Assembly (NCBI RefSeq): GCF_030684315.1
Contig: NC_081380.1
Location: 44,294,771-44,358,770, forward strand
DNA length: 64,000 nucleotides
DNA from: Stegostoma tigrinum
Lineage: Eukaryota
Direction of reading: 5' to 3'
Of the stretch, positions 50,353 through 62,866 are shown piece after piece. The position numbers and the translations under genes were made by a program. The number at the start of each line of letters is the position of its first letter. Position 1 is the first letter of the stretch. Under the pieces are notes generated by a model. The model saw only the letters and a program-made list of their open reading frames with translations, did no database searches and had not been told where the DNA came from.

Positions 50353-50562
50353 CCACGACTTCTGCTGAACGCTATAAATATCAATGGTCCTAAAGGATGT
50401 TCCTTCATTTAATCCTGTCACCCCCAATTTGGTAAAATTCGCAAATATTAACACACTTCTGAGGACGTTCTTTTTTAAGATTCAAAATATATTTTTAGTT
50501 ATCCAATGGAAAATATGACAGAAATAACACATTTATAATCAACAAAAATAGAATTCTCAAGC

Positions 50563-50692
50563 ACACTGAAGAGTCATTGGACTCGAAACAGTAACTTCAT
50601 CTTTCTCTGCACAGATGCTGCCAAACCCACTGAGTTCTCTAGCATTTTCTGTTTTTAGTTCAAATTTCCAGCATTCACAATATTTTGCTTTG
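50563..50692 (+). mobile_element. Penelope pLTR fragment (family B) with hammerhead-like motif
   Basis: ctgaaGAGTC(attg)GACTCgaaac, then cagatgctgccaaacccactgag..ttccagcattcacaatattttgcttt. Confidence 0.7.
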
Positions 50693-52421
50693 AATACAGT
50701 GTATGCTGTTTGACTGGCTGGACGGGCTGGAATCTGCTCATTCAGAAATATATACTTCATGATAATGAGAGAGATTTGAAGATTGCTGACTGAGCATCAG
50801 GGTGCATTTGCCCAGTGTTCTGGATTAGCAACTCAGAAGTTGTAGTTGAAACTTGATCATTCCATGATACAAAATACATTTCAGTAAGTCTGGTAATTAG
50901 CAGGTTGGCATCAGATAAGAAGACAGCAATGACTTTAACTTATATAACACCTTTAACATCATAATTCTTCTTTCTACGTTTTATAAAACAAAATCTGTCA
51001 CCAAACCACACAAGGGGGTAATAGAATAAGCATCTAAAAGCTTTGGCAAAAAAGTTGATTTTAAGGAAGGAGAGGTAAATCCAGACCTTAACAGCTGAAG
51101 GTAGAGGCAGCAATGATACTGCAAAGAAAAATGCTCAATGTTGTTTTAACTATGACCCTTACACTGCTAGTCCAAGACCAAAATCACTAGTTTACTATAC
51201 TTTGATGTTTCATTGACATTCTCCAAAATCATATAAGTTATCAGAATCAGAAATGCAGTGACAGAGTCCTTCAAAACACAATTTGCCAACAATTGTCCTT
51301 CATGTCAAGGAAACCAATAATCTCTACCTGATCTGGCCAATAATGAATTTAATACTGTCCTGTGTGGGTAAGTTCCCAAGGACAAGCAGGGATGGACATT
51401 ACTTACTGCCTTGTCCATTTGGTCACATTCCAAGAACAGAAAAAGAAATAAAACCAGTACATGTTTCAAACATCATTTCTCAAGATAACCAAAGCACCAG
51501 ATAAAAGTCTAAGATAAAATTTGCAAATCAGCAGGATCCCTTGATGTTGTCAGTGGAAATGTTTTATTTAAAGGTCTCACCAGGTTTATTAAAGAGTAAG
51601 TCACTCAAATCGAGAAAAAACAAAAATACCTCATGAACCACTGTTAAGAGGATGAAGGGAAGTCACTTATTTAACTTCAAAGTAAGCTGGTCATTCATGC
51701 AGGGTTTAATGATGAGTGCTCAGTAAATAAAGTCTTTAACTTAGAAATGCACCGATTAAAGGGTTTCTAATTTGATGCCTGTTGAGTGCTGTCTCCATCT
51801 TCTCGTCACCTGTGCAGTGAGCTTCTGGGTGTCTCAGAGGAAGTGGGCCCATGCTGTAGAAATAAGGGAGGCAAAAGAGAGTTAGGCCTGTGACCTTTAG
51901 GGTCACAGGGTTGTAACCTCAGCCCTGAATAGTGAAGTGGAAGTCTTTAAGGATATGCCTGATGGCTTCAGGTAGTTTTAGATTACCTCATTTCCCAAGT
52001 CTAATGTAATAGGAAATCAGATAGGATCTGGGGCAGGGACAAAGGGCAGATAACAGCAGACTGGGCTTGTACACATTGTTTGCTAATCACTGTGGTTGGA
52101 TTGAAATTAATGTGTCCTTTATAAATGCCTGATTATTTCTAAACACTCAAAAAATGGAAATGCAAATCTGAAACTGAGCAATAAATGTCATGAAATCATA
52201 CTGCAGTTTGCTGCTAGATCACTCATTATTTTAACTGTTTTGAAAAGTCAATATTTATTTCTCAATTCCTTTAATTGCTCCTGTTGGGGTGACAATGCCC
52301 TCTCAACGCTGGTTACAAACATGTTTAACACACTATGCTGAAATTCCTCCATTTTAACAGAAGCACTTCTTTCAAATATCTCAAATAATGGGTGTTTCAG
52401 TGATGTTAGGTACCAGTGGAG

Positions 52422-53345
52422 AAATCAGAGAGTTATACAGCATACAAGCAGACCCTTCGGTCCAACTTGTCTGCACTAACTAGACATCCCAATCTGACTA
52501 GTCCCATTTGCCAGTGTTTGGCCCATACTGCTCTAAAGCTCACCTATTCCCCGACTCCCCACCTACAATCACCTTTACTGGCTCCACGCTGCCTCTTTGA
52601 CCTGTCTGTCTCCTCTCCGCCTAGCTTCTCCTTTATCCATCTTTTGTCTGCCTCCCCCTCTCTCCCTATTTATTTCAGAATCCCATTCCCCTCGCCCATT
52701 TCTGAAGAAGGGTCTAGGCCTGAAACGTCAGCTTTCCTGCCCCTCTGATGCTGCTTGGCCTGCTGTGTTCATCCAGCTCTATGCCTTGTTATCTCTATTC
52801 TTATACCCATCAAGATGTCTTTTAAATATTGTAATTGCACCTGCCTCTACCATTTCCTCTGGCAGCTCATCCCATACATGCACCACCCTCTGCAAGAAAA
52901 TGTTACCCCTCAGGTCCATTTCAAATCTTTGCCCTCACCTTAAACCTATGCCCTCTAGTTTTGGACTCCCCTACCCTAGGAAAAAGACCTTAGCTATTCA
53001 CCTTATCTATGCCCCTCATGATTTTATAAACCTCTATAAGGTCACTTCAGCCTCTGACGGTCTAGGGTAAAAAGCCTCAGCCTATTCATCCTCTTCCTTT
53101 GACTCAAATCCTCTAGTCCTGGCAACATCCTTCTAAACCTTTTCTGCATTCTCTCAAGTTTAGTGACCTCCTTCCTATAGAAGGATGACCAGAATTGTAC
53201 ACAGCGTTCCAAAAGTAGCCTCACCAATGTCCACTACAGACATGATATGACGTCCCAACTCCTACCTTTACTGTTATGACCAACAAAGGCAAGTGTGCCA
53301 AATGCTGCCTTCTCCATCCTGTCTATCTGCAACTCCACTTTCTGT
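52422..53345 (-). mobile_element. HER1/CR1 3' portion with nested Penelope pLTR
   Basis: Tail gacccttcggtccaacttgtc; LVRLLLERCVQFWSSFYRKE..QKRFRRMLPGLE. Confidence 0.88.
52540..52795 (+). mobile_element. Penelope pLTR (family A) with hammerhead motif
   Basis: CTGAAGA-A-GGGTCTAGGCCT-GAAA-CGTC at 52702-52729; ends at ttgttatct. Confidence 0.85.
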
Positions 53346-54303
53346 TGATGTTTTTCACTCAGTCTCTATTCTGTGGGTTTCAGGGACAAGACTTATCAAT
53401 CAGCTGGGTTTTTAATGGAGAGCAGAAAAGGTGCTTTGTTTAATTGGGCTGCAAGGTCCTTGTGCCAAAAATGCCCTCAGTTTGGCAGTTGCAGAAGTTG
53501 CCAATGGAGGTGGGATATGCAGGCTGAAGGCAGGGGATCTAACAAAGTTAATTTTGGACATTGCTTTTCAATCAATCATATGGAAATCTCATTCCATGGA
53601 GATTGATGGACGAGAATTGGGGTTATTTATTAGTGCATCATGTTGCACAGAATCATGATTAGCACGTTTAAAGCCTGACTATCAAAGATATTTACAAAGC
53701 GAATCACATGAGCAGTGGTAACTCAACAATGGTCAGGTAAACAGCAGTTACACTACTTGCTCTGACTAACCCCTAGACTTCTGTTCCACACATGCATCTC
53801 ACCTTCAGTTCTTGCTGCAGTAGATGTTCCCTACATGGAACAATAGTCTGTCAAACATTAGATACTCAGTGAAAGAGGGAGTGAGAGCATTCCAGATCAT
53901 CTTTTATAACACCAGTAACATGACTGGCTAAAACACACTTAGAAAATTTTATTTTGAATATTCTAATTTTTTTGGGCCTTGACCTGGCAGCAAAGTGATA
54001 TCAGGTCGGAATGTTGGCGGAAATTGGCTAAATATCAATTTTGGCAAATTGTATGGAAGGTTTCTCTCCACAGGTTGAATGAGAACTTTCTTGTTATCTT
54101 CCTAAACTGGCCTCATTAAATGTGTACCATCCCCCTATCACACTGCTTGCTGTATTCTATCACTTACTATAGATAGAAGTGCTCCCCACGGCAATGACCT
54201 CCCAAATCCCCAGCATTGCTACCAGCTTTAAAGAGCAGCTGACCAGTCAAGTGCCATCAGTCCACAGCTGCCCTGAGGGAAATCAGCATTCCCCACTGCT
54301 AAA

Positions 54304-54495
54304 ATGGACATTGAGGTCCTACTGGATGAGATGATACAGAGGAAGGCTGTTCTCTTCTGTTAGGGCAATTAGCGGCAATCACACTATCAGATGCTGTAAG
54401 CCTGGGCTAAATTTGCCACGTGAGTCAGTACTGTTGGCACAGTCCAGAAGAACGCCCACCATTGCAGAAGGGACCTTTTCCACTCCACAAGGTTA
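54304..54495 (+). pseudogene. Myb/SANT-like DNA-binding domain remnant, probably from a PIF/Harbinger transposon
   Basis: Reads MDIEVLLDEMIQRKAVLF...AWAKFAT*VSTVGTVQKNAHHCRR with several stops. Confidence 0.5.
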
Positions 54496-55667
54496 AGTAC
54501 TTCCATCTTTGCTTTGCTACCTCATATTCACTCTCTCTCTCTTTTCCTGCACATATCTCTCACCAATGCTCATGGTCTACCATATGTAAAGAGAAAAAAT
54601 TCTAGAACAGTTCTAGCAGCATCTGTGGAGAGAAAAAAACATTTCCAATCTTATATGGCTCTTCTTCAGAAGACCAGGTTTGGCCGACTTCATCTCTGAC
54701 TCTCATCTGCAACAGCACTAACAGGCATAAGCAGCCACTTTCATTTCACTTAATTCCTCAATTTGTCTCATTCCTGAAGAAAAATATCACAGTAGAGTAT
54801 ACAGAATCAAGAACTGAAATGAGTGCCCAACATTGAGCTCCTCATCCCCTATGATTATGGAGGATTATGACCCTGACTGCCTTAAACAGCCAACTGCCTG
54901 GTTACAAATCCCTAGACTGATATCAGAGGCTGCCTTTGACTTACTGCGTTAGAACCCTCTGACTGAATGCTGTCTCCCTTGTTTTGACTGATAACTACAT
55001 CCCCTAGACTTTGAGAGAATACCATTTATTGGTGCACATGTAGTGTGTTTGCTGCAGAGGCCACTGGCATATGATGCATGTGAGACTGATGTAGTATGAT
55101 GGCATACAGAAACATGTCCAACCCTTGACTGAAGGCAACTGACAACCACGACAAGTTGCCTGACTTTGTGTCTGTGCTAAACAGCAAGCCGAGACAGAAA
55201 TACAGTGAGCCTTTAAGCTCCAGCTGAAGAGGCACAGTGCAACAAAAAGGTAAGACATAGCAAAGCAAGGAAAGGCAAGACAGAGGTGTTTTGAGCATCC
55301 ATATAGGTGCAAAGTAAGTAAATGCTAAGACAGCAAGTGAGGAACTCATCTCGTCATTTAACACGTGGTTGGAAAATGGGACATTTCACTCTTAATGCCA
55401 GGAAACCTTTCACTGCCGATGTCACGTGACTTTCCCAACTTTCTCTCTAATGTATACACAGTTCAGTGTTGGTCTGGCATTTACTGAAACTGGACTGCAA
55501 GCTTACACATCACAGTCCAAGTACTGAGGTAGGTCATGCCTGTCAGGGCCCTAAATTCTGGACATGCCTATTTAATGCTCTCTCTTCCCTACCATTCTTT
55601 CCTTCATTAAGATGGTCTTTAAAACCTGCCTTTTTGAGCAAATATTTGATCACCTACCGTCATATCA

Positions 55668-55995
55668 GAGGAAGATGATAGTATAGTGGTAATGTTACTG
55701 GACTAGTAATCCAGAATCCTACAATGGAAATGGTGCAGTTTGAAATCATTAAAACACCTGAAAGGTAGCCCTAATGGCAATCATGTAACCACAGTTAATT
55801 GTCATTAAAACCCATCTGATTTCACTGATATTCTTCAGGGAAGAAAATCTGTCATCTTTACCTCGACTGGCCTACACATGACTTCAGACCCAAAGCAATG
55901 TGGTTGACTTTTAACTCCCCTTTGATTAAATTGGACATGGGCAGTAAATGCTGGCTAGCTAGTGATATTGACATCACAAAACATGTAAAAAAACA
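55668..55995 (+). mobile_element. tRNA-derived SINE with bipartite LINE-like body
   Basis: Head gtatagtggtaatgttactggactagtaatccaga; body matches 7985-8075; tail matches 10425-10480. Confidence 0.7.
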
Positions 55996-57919
55996 AGTTC
56001 AATCCTTCACCAATTTGGCAGTCATGGGCCTAAGGTGAGAAATTTGGCATGGTAATTTAAAAGATAACATGGATTGGGAAAATGCAGGTTACTATATAGG
56101 ATTTTCAATGCAGTACACTTCCTTTCTCACTGGGTCAGAGAATAGTGGTCAACTGTTGCAATGTGAAGACTGACTTCTGTGGTTTCCATACAGCCAAAGG
56201 ATGAGGGTCAGGTTGCTTCTTACATTTAACAACTACATTAAAGTTGGTATAAAGAAAGAAAAATGTAATGAGTCCTCTGGAAATGGACTGCCCCCCACAA
56301 TTAATGAATGGCATGAGGAATGAAGAGAGCAGGTAGAAACAACAGTACTCATTCCTTCACAGATTCCAAGGTATTGAAATTAGGGTGGAAACACATGCCA
56401 GAAAACTATGTATTTGCTGCAAATTATGTGGAGTTGAGAATTATCAGATCTGTCATTATTTCATTGAGTGGCGGAACAGACTCAATGGGACTAATGGCTT
56501 ATTTCTGCAACTTCTTATGATATTGTATATTCTGCCCCAGATTGAAATCCATCAAAGTGAATAGAAGAAAAATATTGAGTGGGACACAATTGCCAGTGGA
56601 TGCAAAGTTGCTCGTTTTCAGTGTAACCAAAATTGAGGTTCAGGCTAACACATAAAAATCCACCACAAGGCTTTTGGCATCTCTTGAATGTCCACTCATT
56701 TGATTAAATCTGGGTATATTAAGATATTACCATTGCCTAAGAAGGGTTAACACGAGGAATTGCATTCCCTATCTTGCAGCAGACCACATTCTTGCCTTAA
56801 ATGTAGCTATTTTGCCTGACGTAAGAACTATCTGTTTTAATAATTACATGTGAATGGCATGCTCATCAGGACTCAATGTGCTGCAAGGCAAAGCTTCCAC
56901 TTAATTTATTTCAAACTAAGGCTATACTGGAATCCCATCCACAGGGACGAAATCCACAGTGACAGAGACCCACACTACCTGCGGAGAGATGGTCAATTTT
57001 ATTTAAGCAAAGACCTGATAAATAAAGGTTTGTAAATGGGAATAAATGAGATCCCTCAAAGCCAATAACATTAATCTCTGGTAACTCAGTCCCTGAGTCA
57101 TCATTAAAAGTTATTGTTACATGATAAATTTGTACCTGATCTTCACCTTCCATCCAGTTTTCAGCCTGAACAACTCAAAGTCAATAAGCAATGTTTAAAT
57201 TTGCACCACGGCAAAGAGTTAAAACGGACAGTGAAGGACTTCTGGGGATTACACTGAATGTGCACGTTCAGAATACATATGTAATACATGTGTACTACAG
57301 AAACAGGCTAGTTAGCCTATCTGGACTAGGCTCTAATGAGCTTCCTCCCATCTAATTCATCTCACTGTCTCAGCATAACATTCTATTCCTTTCTCCCTCT
57401 TTTTAGCAACTATACCATGCACCCTCAGCCACTCACTGCAGCAGCAATCACCACATTTTAACCACTTGTTCAGTTAAATGCCAAATTCCTTCTTTTATTT
57501 AGTAGTGAATATTTCGCATTTAAGAAGATTGCAAGATTGCTTTGATCTTGGGATTCATTCAGCAGTTAGAAACCAGTTGCAAAATTTTTGCTTGTCATTT
57601 ATCTTGTCCAACTCTCCACGGCCCATGAAGTTAAATTATAGCCTGGAGTTTGTCAAAATCTTTTCCATCATTAGATAATAAATACTAATACTAGAGGAGT
57701 TCCATTTCATGCCAGCACATGCTGATTATCACGCTATTGTTTTGATGCTTTTCAGACATAGATTACTGAGGGAAAAAGTGAATCTGCTGGTCAGTACTCT
57801 GCTCCCAATATTTCCAGAACTGGATGAGATCCCAACTTTTGGACTGGTGTATGTGGAGCTCAGTGCTTTGATTGTAGTCTACAAATCTGGCTACAGCACA
57901 TTCACTTCCTTCCTTGAAT

Positions 57920-58880
57920 CATTAATATATATTAGAAACAGTTGTGACCCCAGCACAGTTTCCTGCAAAACCCCAGTGGTCATGGGTCTTAAACCTGAAA
58001 AGAATCCTATAGCCCCACTTGCTGTTTCTTGCCCATGTCCCAGTTCTCTATCCAGGCCATTATTATACCTCCAACACCTTGGGCTCGTACCTTGTGATTT
58101 AACCTTATATGAGGTATCTTATCAAATTCCTTCTTTAAGTCCAAATGCAGCACACCCACTGGCTTTCCTCTGTCCAGTCACTGGTTGACACTGCTGCAAA
58201 ATAACTCCAATAAATTAGACAGACATGCTTTCCCTTTCATGAAGTCATGCTGACTTTGAGATTAGGATTTTCCAAATGTACTGCTATTACTTCCTTAATA
58301 ATTGATCCCAATATTTTCCAACAACTGAAATTAGGCTAATCAGCCTTCTAGTTAACCACTTTATGCCTCCCTCCCTTTTTGAATAAGGGTGCCATGTGCA
58401 TAGTTTCCCATTCCTCTAGTAGTTGTCCAGAATCAAAGGATTTTTGGCAAATTACAGCAAATATAGTCATGATCTCTGCAGCTACTTCCTTTATGATCGT
58501 AGGAAGCAATCAATTCCACATGATTAATCTGACTTCAGCCTCATTAGTTTGTCTGATACTACTTCTTAGAGATGGTGATGGCACTTAATTCTTCATCTGA
58601 TTTCTTTAGTATGAATAAATGTTTGAAGTGTCTTTCACTGTAAAGATTGCTGCAAAATATTTATTTAACTACATTGCTATTTTCTTGTTTCCCATAACTA
58701 TCTCCCCAGATTCATTTTCTAAGGGGCCGATGTTCACTTTGACCGCTCTCTTTTTCATTTAAAGAAGCTCTTATTGTTAGCTTTTATATTCCTTGCTAAT
58801 TTGCCCTTGTAGTTTATTCTGTCTTATATTATCTTTTTAGTCGTCCTTTGCTAGATTCTGAATTTATTCCAGCCTTCGTA
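57920..58880 (-). mobile_element. Old CR1 ORF2 fragment
   Basis: cttatcaaattccttctttaagtcc and ccctttcatgaagtcatgctgact (KAFD and SQHxFMKG motifs on the minus strand). Confidence 0.7.
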
Positions 58881-59367
58881 CTTTAGAGGTCAGTAAAGAT
58901 TTTAAAAATTAGACAAAGTGAGATCCAGGGTACTTACTGAGGGAATAAATCCACAAGATTCCATGGTTATGAACAAACAGCGATAAACTTTACGACACAA
59001 AAGTAATACAGTTGACAATCTACGCTCCATTATTTCTAACACCCAGAATTAACATGTTGTAAATGTGGCTAATCATTTGTGATCAGATAACCCACAGCAC
59101 ACATTAAACAACAAACACAATCAAGGCAAATCCCATGTATTTCTCAACAACTACCCTCGAGACATCAATGGCATGGTGGTTCATCAACTCTCATTAAACG
59201 TCACAAAGAATTATAATTCTTCTCTTTTTCCGATTTGCTCTTAAATCTCCATCTCCAGACTCATTGCATTGTGGCTGCCTCAATGGCTGCTCCCGTTCTC
59301 GTTGATCAACCTCCTCTCCTTGGCCTAAGTTCCTCTGGCCTCCAAAAACAACACTCCAGTACTTACT

Positions 59368-59561
59368 AAGATAACAAAGTGTGAAGCTGGATGAACACAG
59401 CAGGCCAAGCAGCATCTCAGGAGCACAAAAGCTGACGTTTCGGGCCTAGACCCTTCGTCAGAGCTCTCTGATGAAGGGTTTAGGCCCGAAACGTCAGCTT
59501 TTGTGCTCCTGGGATGCTGCTGGGCCTGCTGTGTTCATCCAGCCTCACATTTTACAATCTT
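59368..59561. mobile_element. Palindromic Penelope pLTR mini element with two hammerhead motifs
   Basis: Minus motif 59434-59461 (CTGACGA..GAAACGTC), plus motif 59468-59495, 6-nt spacer; possible TSD tacttact / tacttgct. Confidence 0.93.
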
Positions 59562-61604
59562 TTACTTGCTGTTTCACCACACCATTTACATGATTGACCC
59601 ACTTCAGTTTCAGCTTAATGGTTACTGCTAAGATGTTGATGATAGGGAAGTCCACTGATGGCATTGGCATTAAAATCAAGTGTGGTTAGGAGACAGACAA
59701 TTCTAACAGAGGTGTGTCAGATAACAAAGGGAAAAGACAATGTAAAACCCTGTTGTTGGACGCAGCACACGTGGCTCTGCTGCTGGAGGATGAATATTTA
59801 TTATCAGAGTCCACTACATGAAACATAACATCGCTTGGGTCACCATGACCATCATGGCTTGAATTGCTGTTAGCACCAGATAGTTGCAGACTGATTATCA
59901 CAGCAGATCCTGAGCACTTGATGGAATAACATCAAGCTTCTTTTGGAGTTGCAATGCAGTAGATTGAGGACCTCACTGTACATGTCACCTCTAGTCAATA
60001 TTGTTGTTTAAGTAGTTATGGTCTAAGAAATTAATGCTTGCTTGGGCACAAGGAGAACACTGCTCTCTTCTTCTAATAGCTTTAACCAACAAACAAGGCT
60101 TTTTTTAAAAAAATGTCTCATCCGAAGCATGGTACATCTGTAAGAATGGGATATTCCCTTGGTTAACACTTGGAAGTTCGACCTCACTTGTGTGTTCAAG
60201 CCCTGATGTATAGCTCTAAACCAATGAACTTTCAACCTACGAGACAAACTTTATACACTGAAATATCTAAAAAGCAATACATACACATATGAGGAGGGGT
60301 TACATGAATAATGTCATTTGCTTTCCACTTAAAATGAATTACAGGTTCAACTTGTCAATGATATTGTTTTGATCTGAATTCTCCCTCTGCAAGCATCTAT
60401 TGAGCCTGTAGACCAATTGAAAATGTCATAACTAAAACTGAAATTTTATTGTTAGATAAGCATACTAACAGTTATGGAGGAAAGGTGGCTAAACAGAGTT
60501 AAGATACGTATCAGGAATAATACAACTGAATTGCTTGGAGGGGCCTAAGGCTTACTCTTGTTCTGTTGGTTGTTAGAGATTAATCTTGCTTATTACTTAT
60601 ATGGGAAATTAACCCAGGAGCAAGGATGGAAGTTTATAATAACAAAGTTTGAAAAATGGTGTTTATTTTAAAAAACTGTCCGTAACAATGAGAATATCCT
60701 GAGAATAAGGCTTGTTAATGAGAAGCTTGCAATTACATACTTAGTTATAGTGAGGTTCAACTGTATCACTTAGACATTACATAGTGCAAATTTCAAGGGC
60801 AAATAGGTTAATAACCTCTTAACAAACACAGACTGTGCACGCTGATGAAATTACTGTAACAGGAACTTAGAAGGAAAGAGCGTGAAGCGGAGATTGCTAA
60901 ATGCGCTGCTTCCTTTCGGAAGGGGTAGTTTATTTGACTCAATGAGACACATAACGAGCCTAGATCTGCAGTTACAATTTGCTGTTTATCTGCCTTTTTT
61001 CCCACCCCCAGCTCCAACGGAAGTCCATGTGGAACAGCCTGGCTAGCCTCAGCCTAACCTCCCCCATCTGGAAGGAGACTAACCAGCCTCTGGGCTACTT
61101 TGAACCCTTCCCAGCTGCTGGGTTTGGTTTTTTTTTGTTTTTGCGAGGTTGAGAGAGCATATTTGTATAAATGATTGCCACATCCCCAACCAGCTGTTGA
61201 CCCCACTCTAGTCCTGTCTATGGCATGTTTTTCATTTCTCCTCACCACAGTTTTGAGCTGACCTTGGTGGAGTTAGCACGCTAACGACCATCCTTACGTG
61301 TGAATGCCGGGATGAAACAGACAAAAGATGCACAGTCTAGTTCCTGAGACCGGTGTTTCCCTGCAGGCTAGTATCAGGGACCTCAGTCAGAAAAGGTAGA
61401 ATCAGTGCACAATCATGAGATGCAGAGGTAGCTGGTTACTGCATAGTTCATTTTTGATTTTTTAAAAAAATGATTGAGCGGGTTTGATAACATCTTGAAA
61501 AAGAAAATGCAAAATAAATTCAAGAAAAGATTCCAACCAGTACACTTAGAGGAAAGAGAAAAGCAAAACTTGCCTTGTACAACACAAGAACGCAGAGTCA
61601 AAGA

Positions 61605-61975
61605 TTGAAGTCATTTCACATAAGGAATTGCTTTTTGGAGTATAGTGACTGCTGAACTGTAGAAAAACGTGGCATAAATAACTGTCCAAAGTTAATTGTG
61701 AAATGAGTAACTAGTCAATTCAGTTTATGGCGGTACTGTTTAAGGAAGCATATTTGAGTACTAACGTACCAAAAATCCTCCCAGATCTTCTTCCAGCAAT
61801 TCCAATCAGGTAGTGGCCAGTTTAATGTTTTACCGAAACATTGACACTTCTGATAATAAAATATTGGACTGAAGCATCAGCCCAGATTACGAACCTTTGG
61901 CCTAATGTGAATATAAAGCTCACAACTTATTGAGCCCCTGCCCAAGAGTGGTACCAAATGAGTAAACTTGGCACC
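61605..61975 (-). mobile_element. Very old DeuSINE-like remnant
   Basis: ttttggagtatagtgactgctg..ccagtttaatgttttaccgaaa..actgaagcatcagcccagatt. Confidence 0.45.
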
Positions 61976-62479
61976 TCAGGATGCTAGGTGAATAGAGCCT
62001 ACCTTTGCACAAGATGCCATATGCTGAGCATTGACAATTACAACATTAAATTTTGTAAGGGTTTGAAAAAGTTGTCTTATCGTAATAATTAGTCATTAAA
62101 AACACAAAAATGATAAAGATTATGGTCACAATACTGTCCAGGTACCTTTCATTGCCTCATTTGACCATGCTTCAGGGTGATTTGTAACTGATTGCTGGGA
62201 GGACATTTAGCTGATTCCTGTTCTCACCCGACATTTGTATTTTCCAGCAGGGATCATTGGATAATAGGTTACAAAGGGAAACATCTTGGAAACAATGAGG
62301 TCAAGTGTATGATCCACATTTAACCTCCTTGTTGAAAATCTGCAAATAGCACAAATTGCCAATTGCACCTCGGACTTGCATAGTTCAACTGATTATAGTA
62401 GGCTACACTGAGGCTTTGACCTTTCGCATGAGAATTGCCAAAGCTGTTGCACTTCTTTGGATTCCTGCACCCCACCATT

Positions 62480-62705
62480 AATGGTCATCAGCCACCTGGG
62501 CTTAAGCTCTGAATTCCTTCACAGAACTTCTTCAATTCGCAAGTTCCTTTCTTGTTTGAGATGTTGCTTAAAATGTGATTTTAACCAAAATTTTGATCAC
62601 TCTTTATAATGCCTCCTGTTTGGCTTGGCATAAATTTTTGTCTTATTTATACACAAAAAGTGCCTTGGAATGTTTGACCATAAAGCTACTTTATAAACTT
62701 CATAT
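62480..62705 (+). mobile_element. L2-type LINE 3' tail
   Basis: aagctctgaattcc..ttaaccaaaattttgatcac..agtgccttggaatgttt..aaagctactttataaa. Confidence 0.5.
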
Positions 62706-62866
62706 CTCAGAATAAGTTAAACAAGTGGCTTCTGATTGAGATATCTTGGGCTCATGTAGAATATGGACAGAAAGGTAACTGTTGATTTAAATTATGCTAT
62801 CCAGTACTGGTGACCTGTCTGTGGGCAGGGAATCTTTCATTCAGGCAGACCCAATTGTAGGGAATC

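Noticed and set aside
50808-50835. miR-199-like start cccagtgttc
   Set aside because: Match ends after about 10 nt and no complementary hairpin arm is visible
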